Shown piece after piece: positions 18,724-29,560 of a stretch of 61,574 nt of DNA. Source of the stretch: Planctomycetia bacterium (GTDB lineage: Bacteria > Planctomycetota > UBA8108 > UBA1146); assembly GCA_012269595.1 (NCBI GenBank), contig JAAXJX010000050.1, positions 1,612-63,185 on the forward strand, read 5' to 3'. The translations under genes were made by a program, and so were the position numbers. The notes beneath the pieces are model-generated. The model saw only the letters and a program-made list of their open reading frames with translations. It ran no database searches and was not told the origin of the DNA. Each line of letters opens with the position of its first letter. The first letter of the stretch is position 1.

Positions 18724-19443
18724 ATGAATGCAGAGAATCATGAGGGACAGAATGCCAGCCTGGCAAATGACGGTTCCAGCAAAGGGCTGTCTACTTCCTG
18801 TTGCTGTGGATCTGTTCTCAAAAGTGCCTTGGTGATCGTCGCCCTGTCCTCTTTTCTGGCATTGACGACCAACGCCCTGAGGTCATCCGGATCCATCGAT
18901 CTTTCCAGAAACTACTTCCGTACCTTGCAGGCACCGGTAAATCCGGTGCAGGAACAGGATTCGAACGGGAGTAACTCTGAGATCAACTCTGCAGGAAATA
19001 CCGGAGAAAACATTTCTGATCAGGACACCACTTCCGGCCAGGAGGAAGCCCAGCCCGATGATGGAATCCAGAGGCTCACTTTCGAAGATGTGCATGATCA
19101 CTTCATGACCGCCGAAGAAATGGTCGGCATGGGGGAATCCATCGTTGCTTTTGTGGATGCGAGGGTGCGTGATCAATATGAGGAGGGTCATATTCCGGGA
19201 GCGCTCTGGCTCTATCATTACGAGTCGGGAGACCTGATTGATGCCTTGCGTCCCCAGTTGGAGATGGCTTTCTTCATCATCGTCTACTGCAACGGTGGGG
19301 ATTGTGAAGACAGTTTGTATCTGGCAGCGGATCTGGGTTCACTCTACGGATTGCCACCGGAAAACATCTATGTCTATGAAGGTGGGCTCAACGAGTGGAA
19401 AGAGCGGGAAATGCCCGTCGTCACTGGATCGGAGGCTCGCTGA
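18724..19443 (+). CDS. Membrane-anchored rhodanese-like domain protein
   Basis: N-terminal TM segment; FVDAR...Y..GHIPGA, IVYCNGGDCEDS, VYEGG..EW. Confidence 0.85.
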   Translation: MNAENHEGQNASLANDGSSKGLSTSCCCGSVLKSALVIVALSSFLALTTNALRSSGSIDLSRNYFRTLQAPVNPVQEQDSNGSNSEINSAGNTGENISDQDTTSGQEEAQPDDGIQRLTFEDVHDHFMTAEEMVGMGESIVAFVDARVRDQYEEGHIPGALWLYHYESGDLIDALRPQLEMAFFIIVYCNGGDCEDSLYLAADLGSLYGLPPENIYVYEGGLNEWKEREMPVVTGSEAR

Positions 19444-19934
19444 TGGATGCCTTGAAGCGTTTGGATGCCACAGGAATCCCGCTGTTGCTTGCTCGAATCG
19501 TGGTCGGGTTTGTCTTTCTTTCCTACGGGATTGAAAAGGTCTCGGACCCCCTCACCTTTCTCAAAAGCATCAAGAACTATGATTTGCTGCCTTTGGAGCC
19601 GACCTGGTTCATCAACAGCATTGCCGTCATTTTGCCATTCACCGAGATCGTTTGTGGCCTCGCATTGTTGTCGGGGATCGGCTTGAGAGCAGGCGGAGCC
19701 ATCACTTCACTGATGTTGATGGCTTTTACTCCCGCAGTCTATTTGCTGGGCAGCAGTCTCGTTGGCACGACTGCCGAGTTTGATTCGCTTTGCAATGTGG
19801 TGGCCGATTGTGGTTGCGGATCCGGTGCGATTCCCATCTGCAACAAGCTTATGGAAAATTGCGGGATGCTGATTCTGTCACTTTGGGCAACCTTCAGCAT
19901 GTCGGGCAAATTTCGCGGCGGTTTGAGTACCTGA
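19443..19934 (+). CDS. MauE/DoxX family membrane protein
   Basis: TGATG overlap with the rhodanese gene; LARIVVG..F..G..K..DP..F, LP..EI..GL.LL.G, DCGCG. Confidence 0.85.
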   Translation: MDALKRLDATGIPLLLARIVVGFVFLSYGIEKVSDPLTFLKSIKNYDLLPLEPTWFINSIAVILPFTEIVCGLALLSGIGLRAGGAITSLMLMAFTPAVYLLGSSLVGTTAEFDSLCNVVADCGCGSGAIPICNKLMENCGMLILSLWATFSMSGKFRGGLST

Positions 19935-19961
19935 TAATCAGGTGGAAGAGTGGTTCGCCCT

Positions 19962-21065
19962 TCACTCTTTCTCAAGAAGTCGTTGGATCGTTGCCTCGAG
20001 CAGTCCTTCGCCACCGGCACCGACTCGTACCCATGCGATGTCGCCCTTTTTGTCGATAAGGACCACCATGGGGATGCCTCCGACCCGGTAGGAATCGAAT
20101 CCCTGTTTACCCGTGACCACGTAGGGGTACTCGACGCCGAAGCGCCGACGGAACTCGAGCAGGTGTTGCAGGAATGCGTCCCGCGTCATGCCTCGCACTG
20201 TTTGGCCCCGCTGCTTGTTGTCCTTCTCTGGCAACCAGCCCTGTGCATAGGGCTTGGTTACACCGAGTATCTGCAATCCCTTGTCGGCCCAGTGTTTCTG
20301 GATCTCGTCCAACCCCGGCATCAGCATGCGGCAGGGCCCGCACCAGGTGGCCCAGAAATCGAGAAGGATCACTTTTCCCTTCATCGATTGCAGGCTCTGT
20401 TTTTTACCACCAAACCAGGTGGTGGTGCCGAGACTGGGAGCTTTCTTGCCGAGCAGTGCCAATCGCACCGCCGAGTTTCTGCGCGCTCGAGCCTCGTCAC
20501 CGTGGTTGTTGAGATCGTCGGTGAGACGACTCCAGGCACGCTTGGCGGGAAGCACTTCACCGAGGGCCGCTTTCAGATCTCCATTGAGTAGCCACGCTTC
20601 GCGAATCTCAACACTGCCCGGGCTGAGATAGGGAATTCCTTTGTCGAGGACTGCGAGAGCATCTTCGATCTGACCCAATTCCGAATAGGACTGGGACAGG
20701 GGAAGAATCGCCCGGGTGGCAATCTTCCTTTGCGGTTCTTCTCCTGCGAGATTTTCATCGATGATGGTTTTGAGAACTTCAACCGCTTTCGGGAATCTCT
20801 GGTTCAACTGGTGGTCTTGACCGATCACTCTCTGGCAACCGAGGCGCAGGAGAGCATGCTCTTCACCGGGGATCAGAGTTGAGATGTCTTGATCACCAAC
20901 GACCTTGAGCAAATTTCGGCGGTGACGCATGACTCCCGAGAGATCCCCTTTGTCTTCAGCCTGAATCAGGGAGTCGTAATGCCTGGTGATTTCCTCAACA
21001 GGGCCGACAGAAGAAGGTTGAGGTGACAGAGTCAAAATCATCAATGTGACGAGCAGTGTATTCAC
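19962..21065 (-). CDS. TlpA-family thiol-disulfide oxidoreductase with helical/TPR-like N-terminus
   Basis: GTG start with GGAGGA RBS; [26 protein letters not shown]. Confidence 0.85.
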   Translation of the reverse strand: MNTLLVTLMILTLSPQPSSVGPVEEITRHYDSLIQAEDKGDLSGVMRHRRNLLKVVGDQDISTLIPGEEHALLRLGCQRVIGQDHQLNQRFPKAVEVLKTIIDENLAGEEPQRKIATRAILPLSQSYSELGQIEDALAVLDKGIPYLSPGSVEIREAWLLNGDLKAALGEVLPAKRAWSRLTDDLNNHGDEARARRNSAVRLALLGKKAPSLGTTTWFGGKKQSLQSMKGKVILLDFWATWCGPCRMLMPGLDEIQKHWADKGLQILGVTKPYAQGWLPEKDNKQRGQTVRGMTRDAFLQHLLEFRRRFGVEYPYVVTGKQGFDSYRVGGIPMVVLIDKKGDIAWVRVGAGGEGLLEATIQRLLEKE

Positions 21066-21200
21066 AGATCCTCCGCTGACAGTGATTCTTGTGTCCCTAT
21101 CATAGAATTTTTGCGAGTCATTTGTCGATATCACTGTGAATTCCCTGAATACTTCTGTGAGCGGTTCATTTTCAGAGAGTTGGGCAGACGAGGAGGAGTG

Positions 21201-22277
21201 ATGGTGAAAACGGTTCTGGTGGTCGGATGGTTCGCGCTGTTGGGTTCTTTCCCTCAGCAACCGCTGCCAAATTTTGACGATCCGGCAAAAAAACCTCAGG
21301 TTTCCAAGGAACACCAACGTCTGGCTCTGGAGCAGGGGCTCTACCGCTGGAGGGGGAAACTTGATTACACTTTTGGTCGGGTTGACCCACTGACTGGAGA
21401 GAAAGGGCCCAAGTTCATTTCTCTGCAGGGAGAATCAACTTCACAGATGATCCTGGGTGAGCAGTTCCTGCTCACTCGGACCCTGACTCAGGGGAAGAAA
21501 ACTCCTGAATACCAGATCCGGGGTTACCGCAGCGATTTGAAACAGTACTTCGTCATCGTGATGGAGGGGTTGCGGACCCCTTTTTCCTACCGTTCCGGGA
21601 AGGAAGAGAAGGGGGAGAGAACCCTGAAGGATCCCTCAGGGTATGTGACCGAGGTCACCCGCTTTGATGCGGATGACCAAAGCAGTGAGAGCGAAATATT
21701 TCTGGGAGAGGCAAAAACGCCCTTCCTTACCCTGAGTTCCGAACCGAAAAAAGGCAGGGCTGCCAATCTTTGGGCGGATCTGATGGCTGCGAGACCGATT
21801 CCGAAGGTGGTCAATACATCCGACGATCGCGATGACCCTGCAGAAAACTATTCTCCTGAGCATCAGCTTTTTCACAAGTTTGCCGGAGACATGACAGCAG
21901 AGTCGGAAGAAATTTTGCCACGGGCGGGAAGAATCATCTGTGACGGTCGTTTTCTGGCTCTTGTCAACGTTTCAGATATCAAGAAAAAGAGCGTTTCCAG
22001 TCTCACCCTGATCGGATTCGACAGCACCAGAGGGGCTTTCCAAATGTTCGTACTCCACGACAAGAGTCCGAACCCGGAATATTACGAGGGCGACTTCGAT
22101 GGTGTGACCCTGACCTTTCGTAATCCCTTCGCAGGTGAGGGCAAGGCAGACCAACCGGTACTGATCTACAACTTTGCCGCCAGAGGGCCCGGTTTCACGG
22201 AGACTGATTTGCGCACCGAAGAGGGAATAAAGGCGCAGCCGGTTCTCTTTAAACCGAGTCGCAATTTCCGCAGATAG
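21201..22277 (+). CDS. Secreted protein with two DUF1579-like domains
   Basis: GAGGAGG RBS; two related units starting SKEHQRL and SPEHQLF, each with IL/IC..G.FL and GY/GFD motifs. Confidence 0.55.
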   Translation: MVKTVLVVGWFALLGSFPQQPLPNFDDPAKKPQVSKEHQRLALEQGLYRWRGKLDYTFGRVDPLTGEKGPKFISLQGESTSQMILGEQFLLTRTLTQGKKTPEYQIRGYRSDLKQYFVIVMEGLRTPFSYRSGKEEKGERTLKDPSGYVTEVTRFDADDQSSESEIFLGEAKTPFLTLSSEPKKGRAANLWADLMAARPIPKVVNTSDDRDDPAENYSPEHQLFHKFAGDMTAESEEILPRAGRIICDGRFLALVNVSDIKKKSVSSLTLIGFDSTRGAFQMFVLHDKSPNPEYYEGDFDGVTLTFRNPFAGEGKADQPVLIYNFAARGPGFTETDLRTEEGIKAQPVLFKPSRNFRR

Positions 22278-22293
22278 TCATCCGCAGCAGTTC

Positions 22294-22332
22294 AAAAAAC
22301 AGGCCCGCACTCCCCAAGGGTGTGCGGGCCTG
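22294..22332 (-). terminator. Intrinsic terminator of katG
   Basis: CAGGCCCGCAC / GTGCGGGCCTG stem with an A6 run on its left (T6 on the minus strand). Confidence 0.75.
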
Positions 22333-22357
22333 CTCCGTTTTATGATCGATAACGATC

Positions 22358-24553
22358 TCAGGAGAGATCGAAGCGATCTGCATTCATGACCTTGTTCCAG
22401 GCGCTGACGAAGTCGGCGACAAACTGATTTGCCCCGTCGTCGGAGGCGTAGACCTCGGAGATGGCACGCAACTGGGAATTGGATCCGAAGACCAGGTCCA
22501 CTGCGGAGGCGCGCCACTTCGGCTCGCCACTGTTGCGATCGCTGCCCTCGTAGAGGTGCTCGCAGCGCTCGGAGACCTGCCACTTCGTTCCCACGTCGAG
22601 CAGGTTGACGAAGAAGTCGTTGCTCAGGACACCCGGGCGATCAGTGAAGACACCGAACTCGGTATGGCCGGTGTTGGCATTGAGTGCTCTCAGTCCACCG
22701 ACGAGGACGGTCATCTCCGGTGCACTCAGGCCGAGCATTTGCGCACGGTCCACCAGCAACTCTTCCGAGGAACGGGTGCATGCTGCGGAGTAGTAGTTAC
22801 GGAAGCCATCTGCTTGCGGCTCCAGCACAGCGAAGGAATCCACATCGGTGTGCTCGGCAGTGGCATCGGTACGGCCCGGAGTGAAGGGGACGTTGACGGT
22901 GTGTCCGCCGGCAGCTGCGGCTGCTTCGACTGCGGCACAGCCGGCGAGAACGATCATGTCCGCCGTGGAGATCTGCTTGCCACCGGAGTGGGCATTGTTG
23001 AACTCACCGCGAATGCCTTCGAGGGACTCGAGGACCTCTGCCAGCTGTGACGGGTTGTTCGCTTCCCAGTACTTCTGCGGAGCCAACTGGATGCGGGCGC
23101 CGTTGGCACCTCCACGATTGTCGGTTCCACGGAAGGTGGAGGCGGAGGCCCATGCGGTGGCGACCAGCTTTTCACCGGCGATACCGGAGGCGTTGACCTT
23201 GGCCTTGAGTGCGGCCACGTCGTCATCGTTGATCAGCTCGTGATCGACGGCGGGAACCGGGTCCTGCCAGATCAGGGCTTCGGCCGGAACCTGAGCACCG
23301 TAGCAACGGCTGATGGGACCCATGTCGCGGTGGGTCAACTTGTACCAGGCGCGGGCAAAGGCGTCGGCGAACTGGTCCGGGTTCTCGAGGAAGTTCTTCG
23401 AGATGGGTCCGTAAGCCTGATCCTCACGCAGGGCGAGGTCGGTGGTGAACATCACTGGAGCATGACGCTTGCTGGAATCATGGGCATCCGGCACGGTGCC
23501 ATCGGCGGCCGCATCCGTGGGGATCCACTGGGTAGCACCGGCGGGGCTCTTCGTCTGCTTCCACTCGTAACCAAAAAGGTTCTCGAAGTAGTTGTTGTCC
23601 CACTGAACCGGGTTGGTGGTCCAGGCACCTTCGAGTCCGCTGGTGATGGCGTCGCCACCTTTTCCGCTGCCGTAGCTGCTCATCCAGCCCATACCCATAT
23701 TCTCGGTCGGTGCGCCTTCCGGCTCAGGACCGACATGGGAATCGGGTGCGGCACCGTGGGCCTTACCGAAGGTGTGGCCACCGGCGATCAGGGCGACAGT
23801 TTCCTCGTCGTTCATCGCCATGCGGCCGAAGGTCTCACGGATATCCCTGGCGGCAGCGATGGGGTTCGGATTGCCGTTGGGGCCTTCCGGGTTGACGTAG
23901 ATCAGACCCATCTGCACGGCACCGAGGTGACCTTCCAGTTCACGGTCGCCACTGTAGCGCTCGTCAGCGAGCCACTCTGTCTCGGATCCCCAGTAGATGT
24001 CGTCTTCCGGCTCGAAGACATCCTGACGGCCTCCGGAGAAACCGAAGGTCTTGAAGCCCATCGACTCGAGGGCGCAGTTGCCGGTGTAGACCATCAGGTC
24101 CGCCCAGGACAGGCTGCGACCGTACTTCTTCTTCACGGGCCAAAGCAGCATGCGCGCCTTGTCGAGGTTGGCATTGTCGGGCCAGCTGTTGAGGGGAGCG
24201 AAACGCAGGGTTCCGGCTCCTGCACCACCACGGCCATCGCCGATGCGGTAGGTGCCAGCGCTGTGCCACGCCATGCGGATGAAGAGCGGTCCATAATGCC
24301 CGTAGTCGGCGGGCCACCACTCCTGGGAAGTGGTCATGACCTCATCGATGTCCTTGCGCAATTCTTCAAGGTCGACGTTTTTGAACTCTTCGACGTAATT
24401 GAAGGTGTCGTTCATCGGACTCACCTGAGGTGCATTCTGGTTGAGCACCTTGAGGTTGAGTTGATTGGGCCACCAACGCTGGTTGGCACTGGTGCTGGCA
24501 GCGAGGTGCTGCTGCGGGCCACCCATGGCGGGGCACTTGCTGATATCGCTCAT
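22358..24553 (-). CDS. katG: Catalase-peroxidase
   Basis: [59 protein letters not shown]. Confidence 0.98.
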   Translation of the reverse strand: MSDISKCPAMGGPQQHLAASTSANQRWWPNQLNLKVLNQNAPQVSPMNDTFNYVEEFKNVDLEELRKDIDEVMTTSQEWWPADYGHYGPLFIRMAWHSAGTYRIGDGRGGAGAGTLRFAPLNSWPDNANLDKARMLLWPVKKKYGRSLSWADLMVYTGNCALESMGFKTFGFSGGRQDVFEPEDDIYWGSETEWLADERYSGDRELEGHLGAVQMGLIYVNPEGPNGNPNPIAAARDIRETFGRMAMNDEETVALIAGGHTFGKAHGAAPDSHVGPEPEGAPTENMGMGWMSSYGSGKGGDAITSGLEGAWTTNPVQWDNNYFENLFGYEWKQTKSPAGATQWIPTDAAADGTVPDAHDSSKRHAPVMFTTDLALREDQAYGPISKNFLENPDQFADAFARAWYKLTHRDMGPISRCYGAQVPAEALIWQDPVPAVDHELINDDDVAALKAKVNASGIAGEKLVATAWASASTFRGTDNRGGANGARIQLAPQKYWEANNPSQLAEVLESLEGIRGEFNNAHSGGKQISTADMIVLAGCAAVEAAAAAGGHTVNVPFTPGRTDATAEHTDVDSFAVLEPQADGFRNYYSAACTRSSEELLVDRAQMLGLSAPEMTVLVGGLRALNANTGHTEFGVFTDRPGVLSNDFFVNLLDVGTKWQVSERCEHLYEGSDRNSGEPKWRASAVDLVFGSNSQLRAISEVYASDDGANQFVADFVSAWNKVMNADRFDLS

Positions 24554-24783
24554 TGAAACTCCTGTCTGTCACTGAAGATTTTCGCATTCAAAGGTTCTTG
24601 CGAATCTGCGCAAAAGGACGCATTGATCGCAAAAAGCCGGTGTTGCGGGTGGAAGGACGCACCCTCGACACAGGTGCTGTATGCTACAAGCAGGGAGTCA
24701 AAGCAGACAACCGATTTTCCAGTGGACTTCCCGCTCCAAATCTCACTTTAAGGGTGCGGGATGGGTACTTAGGAGAGACAGCC

Positions 24784-25242
24784 ATGGAGTCTTCCGTCAG
24801 CGTTGATATCAACAGGCCTTTGCCCGAGGTGTTCCGTTATACCAATGAAAATGTGAGTGACTGGAGTATCACAGTTGTCGAGAACGAGGTACTCGAGGAA
24901 ACCCCTGAAAAAGTAGGGTCCCGATTCAGAATGCTGACCCAGGACAGGGGACGGCAGATGGAGATGACGGGGGAGGTGATCCGCTACGAGGAAAACCGCT
25001 TGAGTGAGGTTTTCCTGGTGGGACAGGGTTTCGAGATTTCCGCATTCTACATCTTTGAGGATCTGGGAAATGGCGTGACCCGGGTGACCGAAACCGCCAC
25101 AGTCCATCCCAAGGGAGTCACAAAAATCTTCTTTTTTCTCTTCGGCTGGCTCATGAAAAAATCCAGCTGTGAGGCACTTCAGAATGAATTGGATAGCCTC
25201 AAGGAAAAACTGGAATCGGGTGCGGGTGCGATGGCCTCCTGA
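24784..25242 (+). CDS. SRPBCC/START-like family protein
   Basis: AGGAG RBS; SVDINRPL.EVF.Y...W...G.RF...L..LKEKLE pattern; 152 aa. Confidence 0.75.
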   Translation: MESSVSVDINRPLPEVFRYTNENVSDWSITVVENEVLEETPEKVGSRFRMLTQDRGRQMEMTGEVIRYEENRLSEVFLVGQGFEISAFYIFEDLGNGVTRVTETATVHPKGVTKIFFFLFGWLMKKSSCEALQNELDSLKEKLESGAGAMAS

Positions 25243-25284
25243 AAACGGAGATGAGAAAAATGAACCGACCTTAAGGAGCAGATA

Positions 25285-26229
25285 ATGCTGAGCAAACCTC
25301 TGGTTCTGATATCGACATTCATGTTGCTGGTTTTTACAGGTGCGGATGACAAACAAGCGGACCTGAAGGCCAAACTCGAAAAGAAGTTGAAGGCAAAGTT
25401 CGTCGAGACCGGGGGGTGGCTTCTCGATTATCAGGAGGCCCGAAGGCAGGCTGAAGAGCAGGGCAAGCCGATCTTCGTCTACTTCACCCGCACCTTCGCA
25501 CCGTGAGGCCCTTGCGACACCCTGGAGAGTGGTGCACTCTCTGCCCCCGCTTTTCTTGAATTTCGCAAAAAGGTAATCCCCTATCTCAACATCATGACCC
25601 GCATCGAGGGACATCCCGATGACAACCTGTTGATCGATCTCGGTTATGGAGGCCACCCGACCCTGGCTTTCATGAATCCGAAGGGCGAGGTGCTGGGACG
25701 GCCACTGGAAAGAAGTGTGTCCAGTTTTGAAGAGACGTTGTCGGCCATTGAAGATTTCACCCAGCTGGAGAAACGGGAAAAGGAGGGTGAAAAGGGGCTC
25801 GAATTTGAGCGCTACATCCTGGAATACCGCCTGATGAAATTGCGTGGAGGTCAATTGGTGAAGCGCGGCAAGGCGTTACGGGGTCTGACCGGTGAGCAGC
25901 AGGCAAGAGTGGATGGGATAGTTCTCGGCGAAGAGGTGAGCGATCTGGTGCTGCTGTCGATGGACCCCGCAAAAATCGAAATTGCTGGAAAACGGATGCA
26001 AGAGATTCTCGACGGTGGACGTTGTCCCCAAATGGTTCGGGATGCCAATGCCTGGAGTGTCCTTTCCCGATATGCCGAGAAGATCCGCGATGCAGATCTG
26101 TTGGAACGCTGCGCCAAAGGTCTCGCGGAAAACTTCCCAAACGACGAATATATGCAGAATTGGGCGCAGAGCCTGAAGAAAAAAGTGAAGGCATTGCGGA
26201 CTACCGACAAGGGGATCGAAAAACCCTGA
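25285..26229 (+). CDS. Secreted thioredoxin-like protein with in-frame TGA (putative selenocysteine, U-G-P-C)
   Basis: ORFs 25285-25506 and 25594-26229 share a frame and the 29 codons between them have no stop. The joined product reads YFTRTFAP-U-GPC...GGHPTLAFMNPKGEVL. A SECIS-like hairpin follows the TGA. Confidence 0.75.
25525..25541 (+). promoter_or_regulatory. Candidate bacterial SECIS hairpin
   Basis: GAGAGTG-GTG-CACTCTC; the G-starting apical loop lies about 25 nt after the TGA at 25504-25506. Confidence 0.55.
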
Positions 26230-26330
26230 GTCTCATTTAGAATCGAGTCTTCAGGACAGAGTTATTCAAAAGCAAGACCACAGGTCTTTACACGTGGACG
26301 CAGAAACGATTTGTAGCAGAGGCGGTTTCA

Positions 26331-28775
26331 ATGGGGACGCAGAGATTCCCGGTAATCCTGATCGGTTTCCTGGGGGCCATGCTTTTGGCCACTGCTCCCG
26401 TGATTGCCCAGTCAGGGAATGAGACCTGTTCCTCTCCGGGCACGATCTTTGGCGGTGAGACGGGGACTCCCGTTTCGATTTCCGATTCGATCCAGATCAA
26501 CGACAGCCTGATTATCGAAGACCTGCACGTTCGGGTGGACATCAGCCATGGCTTTGTTGCCGATCTGCTCGTCGATCTGAATTCTCCGGCGGGCACGACT
26601 CTCCGGCTTCATGACGGCCTGGGAGGGGATCTCGATGATCTGCGGGTCATCTTCAGTGATGATGGCGTGGCCAACGGGGCGGTGACCTATGACTTCGGCT
26701 GTTACATGCAGCCATCGAACGGCCCCTTGAGTCTCTTCAGCGGTCAGAATACCCAAGGGCTGTGGACCTTGAACGTGCAGGATGATTTTCCGGCCAACAG
26801 TGATGGAGTCCTCAACAGCTGGTGCCTGCGATTCTTCAACTCGCCCGTCTCGGTTTTGCCGGCTGTGCAAAACTTTGCCTGCACTCCCACTCAGGACGGG
26901 GCTGCACTGTCCTGGGATAATCCCCAGGCCTACGGCTCCATCGAACTGACGGTCAACGGAACCGTGTTGTCATTACCGGGAAGCACGACGACTCACACCA
27001 TCAGTGGAGTTGCACCGGGAACCCTGCTGGAGATCTCTGTTGTTGGTGCATTGGCACTTCCCGGGCAATCGGTTTCCTGTGCGGAAGTCTGTGCTGTGAC
27101 CACCCTGAATGGCCCCCCGACCCAGGTGGCGGTGACCATCGATGAACAGTACGACGACTGGAGTGGGGTTACGCCGCTTCAGGATCCGGTCGGCGATGCG
27201 GTTCCCGGCGGCCACGATCTGCTGTCCCTTTCCGTGGCCGATGATGATGAGTCCCTGTTTCTTCGTTTCGATTTTGCCGGGCCGGAGGTGCAGCTCGATG
27301 AAGGGGACACACTGATTCTCTACATCGATACGGATGCCAATCCCAATACGGGGCTGGCCATCTCCGGGATCGGTGCCGAGGTGGAATGGGACTTTGGGGC
27401 CAGGCAGGGAACGGTGAGATCCGGGGGAGCGACCTTTCCGATCAGCCATGCGGATGTGGGCCTCGTCGCCGCACCCACTGTCTCTGGCACCGAGTTTGAA
27501 CTCAGCCTTCGCAGAAACTCGCCACTGATCTCACTGGGATCGGAGGTTCGGGTACTGCTGTGTGACGACCGACCCGGGGGAGATTGTCTTCCCGATTCAG
27601 GTGGCCTCTTTCACCCGCTGGCTCTGGGCCAATTGCCTCCGGATGCTGAGATCCCTCTGACCCGGGAGCAGGCATCAGATCTGCGGATCGTCAGTTACAA
27701 CGTCCTCACCGATAACCCGTGGCAAGGGCAGGGGAATCGGATTGGCCGACAGTTGGCGGCAGTGGCAGCGGACATTTACTGTTTTCAGGAGATCTACAAT
27801 CACACACCGGTTGAAACCGCTTCTTATGTGAGTTCATGGGTGAGCCCCAGCGGCGGCGGGAACTGGTTCAGTGCCGGTCAGTCCGACTGCATCTTTGTCA
27901 GCCGCTTCCCGATTTTGCAAACCTGGGCCCTGTCGGGGAACAGTGCGGCGTGGATCGATACCTCCAGTGAGTGGGGGGTACCGACGATGGTGATCAACGC
28001 CCACCTTCCCTGCTGTGCCAACGAATCGGGCCGGCAGAACGAATGTGATCAGATTGCCGCGTTCATCCGTGACCAGCGTTTGGCAGGGCTGCTTTCGACC
28101 CACCCGGAGGCGGCGGTGCTGATTCTGGGGGACATGAATTTTGTTGGCGAATCCCGTCAGCGGACGACCCTGTTGACCGGTGACATTCTCGACGAGACCC
28201 AATGGGGCTGGGACTACCCCATGGATTCGGATGGATCCGATCTCATCGATACCAAATCGCGTCATGTCGCCAAACGTCAGACCTACACCTGGCGCAACGA
28301 CAACGGCAGCTACTCCCCCGGTTATCTGGATTACATCATCTATTCCGATGCGGTTCTGGAACTGGGGCGTCATTTTGTGCTCCTGACCGATGAGATGTCG
28401 AACAGCTCACTGGTGCAGAATGGACTGCAGTTCGATGATTCCAGCGGGTCAGATCATCTGCTGGTGGCGGCGGATTTCCGCCCTCTGGCAGGTGGAGTGC
28501 TTTTCCGTCGGGGAGATTGCAATGGCGATGGATCTCTCAATATTTCGGATGCGGTCGCTTCCCTGCTCTCCCTCTTCGGCGGAGGGGCTCCTCCCAACTG
28601 TCAGGATGCCTGCGATGCGAACGACGATGGAACGCTGGATGTGTCGGATCCGGTGACGCTGCTGGGAATGCTCTTCTCCGGTTTTGGCGATCTGCCCGCA
28701 CCGGGACCCCAGAACTGTGGAGCAGATCCCACCAGCGATGCACTCGACTGCTCCACCTTCAGCGGTTGTCCCTGA
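26331..28775 (+). CDS. Secreted protein: proprotein-convertase P-domain, FN3-like, DOMON/CBM9-like, endonuclease/exonuclease/phosphatase domain, C-terminal dockerin-like domain
   Basis: P-domain (VDISH..VADL...SPAGT...GLWTL.V.D...G.L.SW); EEP motifs SYNV, FQEI, NAHL, GDMN, LDYI, SDH; tail FRRGDCNGDGSLNISD...DANDDGTLDVSD. Confidence 0.85.
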   Translation: MGTQRFPVILIGFLGAMLLATAPVIAQSGNETCSSPGTIFGGETGTPVSISDSIQINDSLIIEDLHVRVDISHGFVADLLVDLNSPAGTTLRLHDGLGGDLDDLRVIFSDDGVANGAVTYDFGCYMQPSNGPLSLFSGQNTQGLWTLNVQDDFPANSDGVLNSWCLRFFNSPVSVLPAVQNFACTPTQDGAALSWDNPQAYGSIELTVNGTVLSLPGSTTTHTISGVAPGTLLEISVVGALALPGQSVSCAEVCAVTTLNGPPTQVAVTIDEQYDDWSGVTPLQDPVGDAVPGGHDLLSLSVADDDESLFLRFDFAGPEVQLDEGDTLILYIDTDANPNTGLAISGIGAEVEWDFGARQGTVRSGGATFPISHADVGLVAAPTVSGTEFELSLRRNSPLISLGSEVRVLLCDDRPGGDCLPDSGGLFHPLALGQLPPDAEIPLTREQASDLRIVSYNVLTDNPWQGQGNRIGRQLAAVAADIYCFQEIYNHTPVETASYVSSWVSPSGGGNWFSAGQSDCIFVSRFPILQTWALSGNSAAWIDTSSEWGVPTMVINAHLPCCANESGRQNECDQIAAFIRDQRLAGLLSTHPEAAVLILGDMNFVGESRQRTTLLTGDILDETQWGWDYPMDSDGSDLIDTKSRHVAKRQTYTWRNDNGSYSPGYLDYIIYSDAVLELGRHFVLLTDEMSNSSLVQNGLQFDDSSGSDHLLVAADFRPLAGGVLFRRGDCNGDGSLNISDAVASLLSLFGGGAPPNCQDACDANDDGTLDVSDPVTLLGMLFSGFGDLPAPGPQNCGADPTSDALDCSTFSGCP

Positions 28776-28781
28776 TCGAGA

Positions 28782-29525
28782 TCAGCGTTCCGAAATGCGC
28801 GGGATCTGCAGCTCGGCACTGTGCAGCTGAATCGCGTCGACATGGCCCGATCGAGAGCCTGAAACCACATGAAGGTGGCTGTTGTGTATGTGGTGGGTGA
28901 GTTTTCCGGCGGATCCTTCGACGTAGAATCCAACCAATTCCAGAGGTTCTTCCATAATGGAATCGCGCCGGGGAGGGGTTCCCTGAGGGTCGGCAATCGG
29001 GCAGGAACCGGCAATCACGTGAAAATCGACCCGTTCAGCGATTCCACGGACTTTGACAGGTGTCGGCTTCAGAAGATCGAATCCGCGCTCCTTCAAGACT
29101 GCTGATACTTTCTTTTCCAGTTCAGGATAGGTGGCACAGGATCCCAGCTTCACCGATTCCCAGTGGGGAACTTCGGCGATGACAAGTAGTGTCGCCTGAT
29201 CAGACTTCAGGAGATTTCGGGAGTGGGCGATTTGTTGACCGGAGGGTGGATCAGTCAATCCTGAAGCGATGATGGCTGTTCCATCGACGAGGGTGATTTC
29301 TCCTTCGAGATTTGCCAGAGCCCCCACACCGATGGAGTTCGGGGTCATCACCTCAGTCAGGAGGACCCTCCCGGAAATTTTTCCCTCTTTCAATACCTCT
29401 CTCATGCTGCCCCAGGTTTTGACCTCATAGTTGTCGCCAGAAATCACCCTGTCCGGGCCCGAGGTGCAACTGCACAAAAGAAGCGAGAACAAAACAGAAA
29501 GGCAGGGAAAACGGTAAATCGACAA
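28782..29525 (-). CDS. Alpha-acetolactate-decarboxylase-like lipoprotein
   Basis: Lipobox-like LLLCSC; GVGALANLEGEIT.VDG, LVGFY, metal-ligand-like HLH...SGHVD. Start codon (TTG) uncertain. Confidence 0.6.
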   Translation of the reverse strand: MSIYRFPCLSVLFSLLLCSCTSGPDRVISGDNYEVKTWGSMREVLKEGKISGRVLLTEVMTPNSIGVGALANLEGEITLVDGTAIIASGLTDPPSGQQIAHSRNLLKSDQATLLVIAEVPHWESVKLGSCATYPELEKKVSAVLKERGFDLLKPTPVKVRGIAERVDFHVIAGSCPIADPQGTPPRRDSIMEEPLELVGFYVEGSAGKLTHHIHNSHLHVVSGSRSGHVDAIQLHSAELQIPRISER

Positions 29526-29560
29526 GTTGTGAAGCTTCCCGACAGAGAATGATAAAAATG

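Noticed and set aside
22358-24553. katG as a recent horizontal acquisition because of its more GC-rich third positions
   Set aside because: Cannot be separated from expression-related codon bias by eye, and there are no mobility signatures.
23240-24556. 438-aa plus-strand ORF
   Set aside because: Antisense shadow of katG caused by its codon bias; no recognisable motifs.
25504-25506. Genome-wide UGA reassignment to Trp or Gly
   Set aside because: TGA terminates many intact genes here (leuS, fumC, katG, hemC, hemE) at their expected ends.
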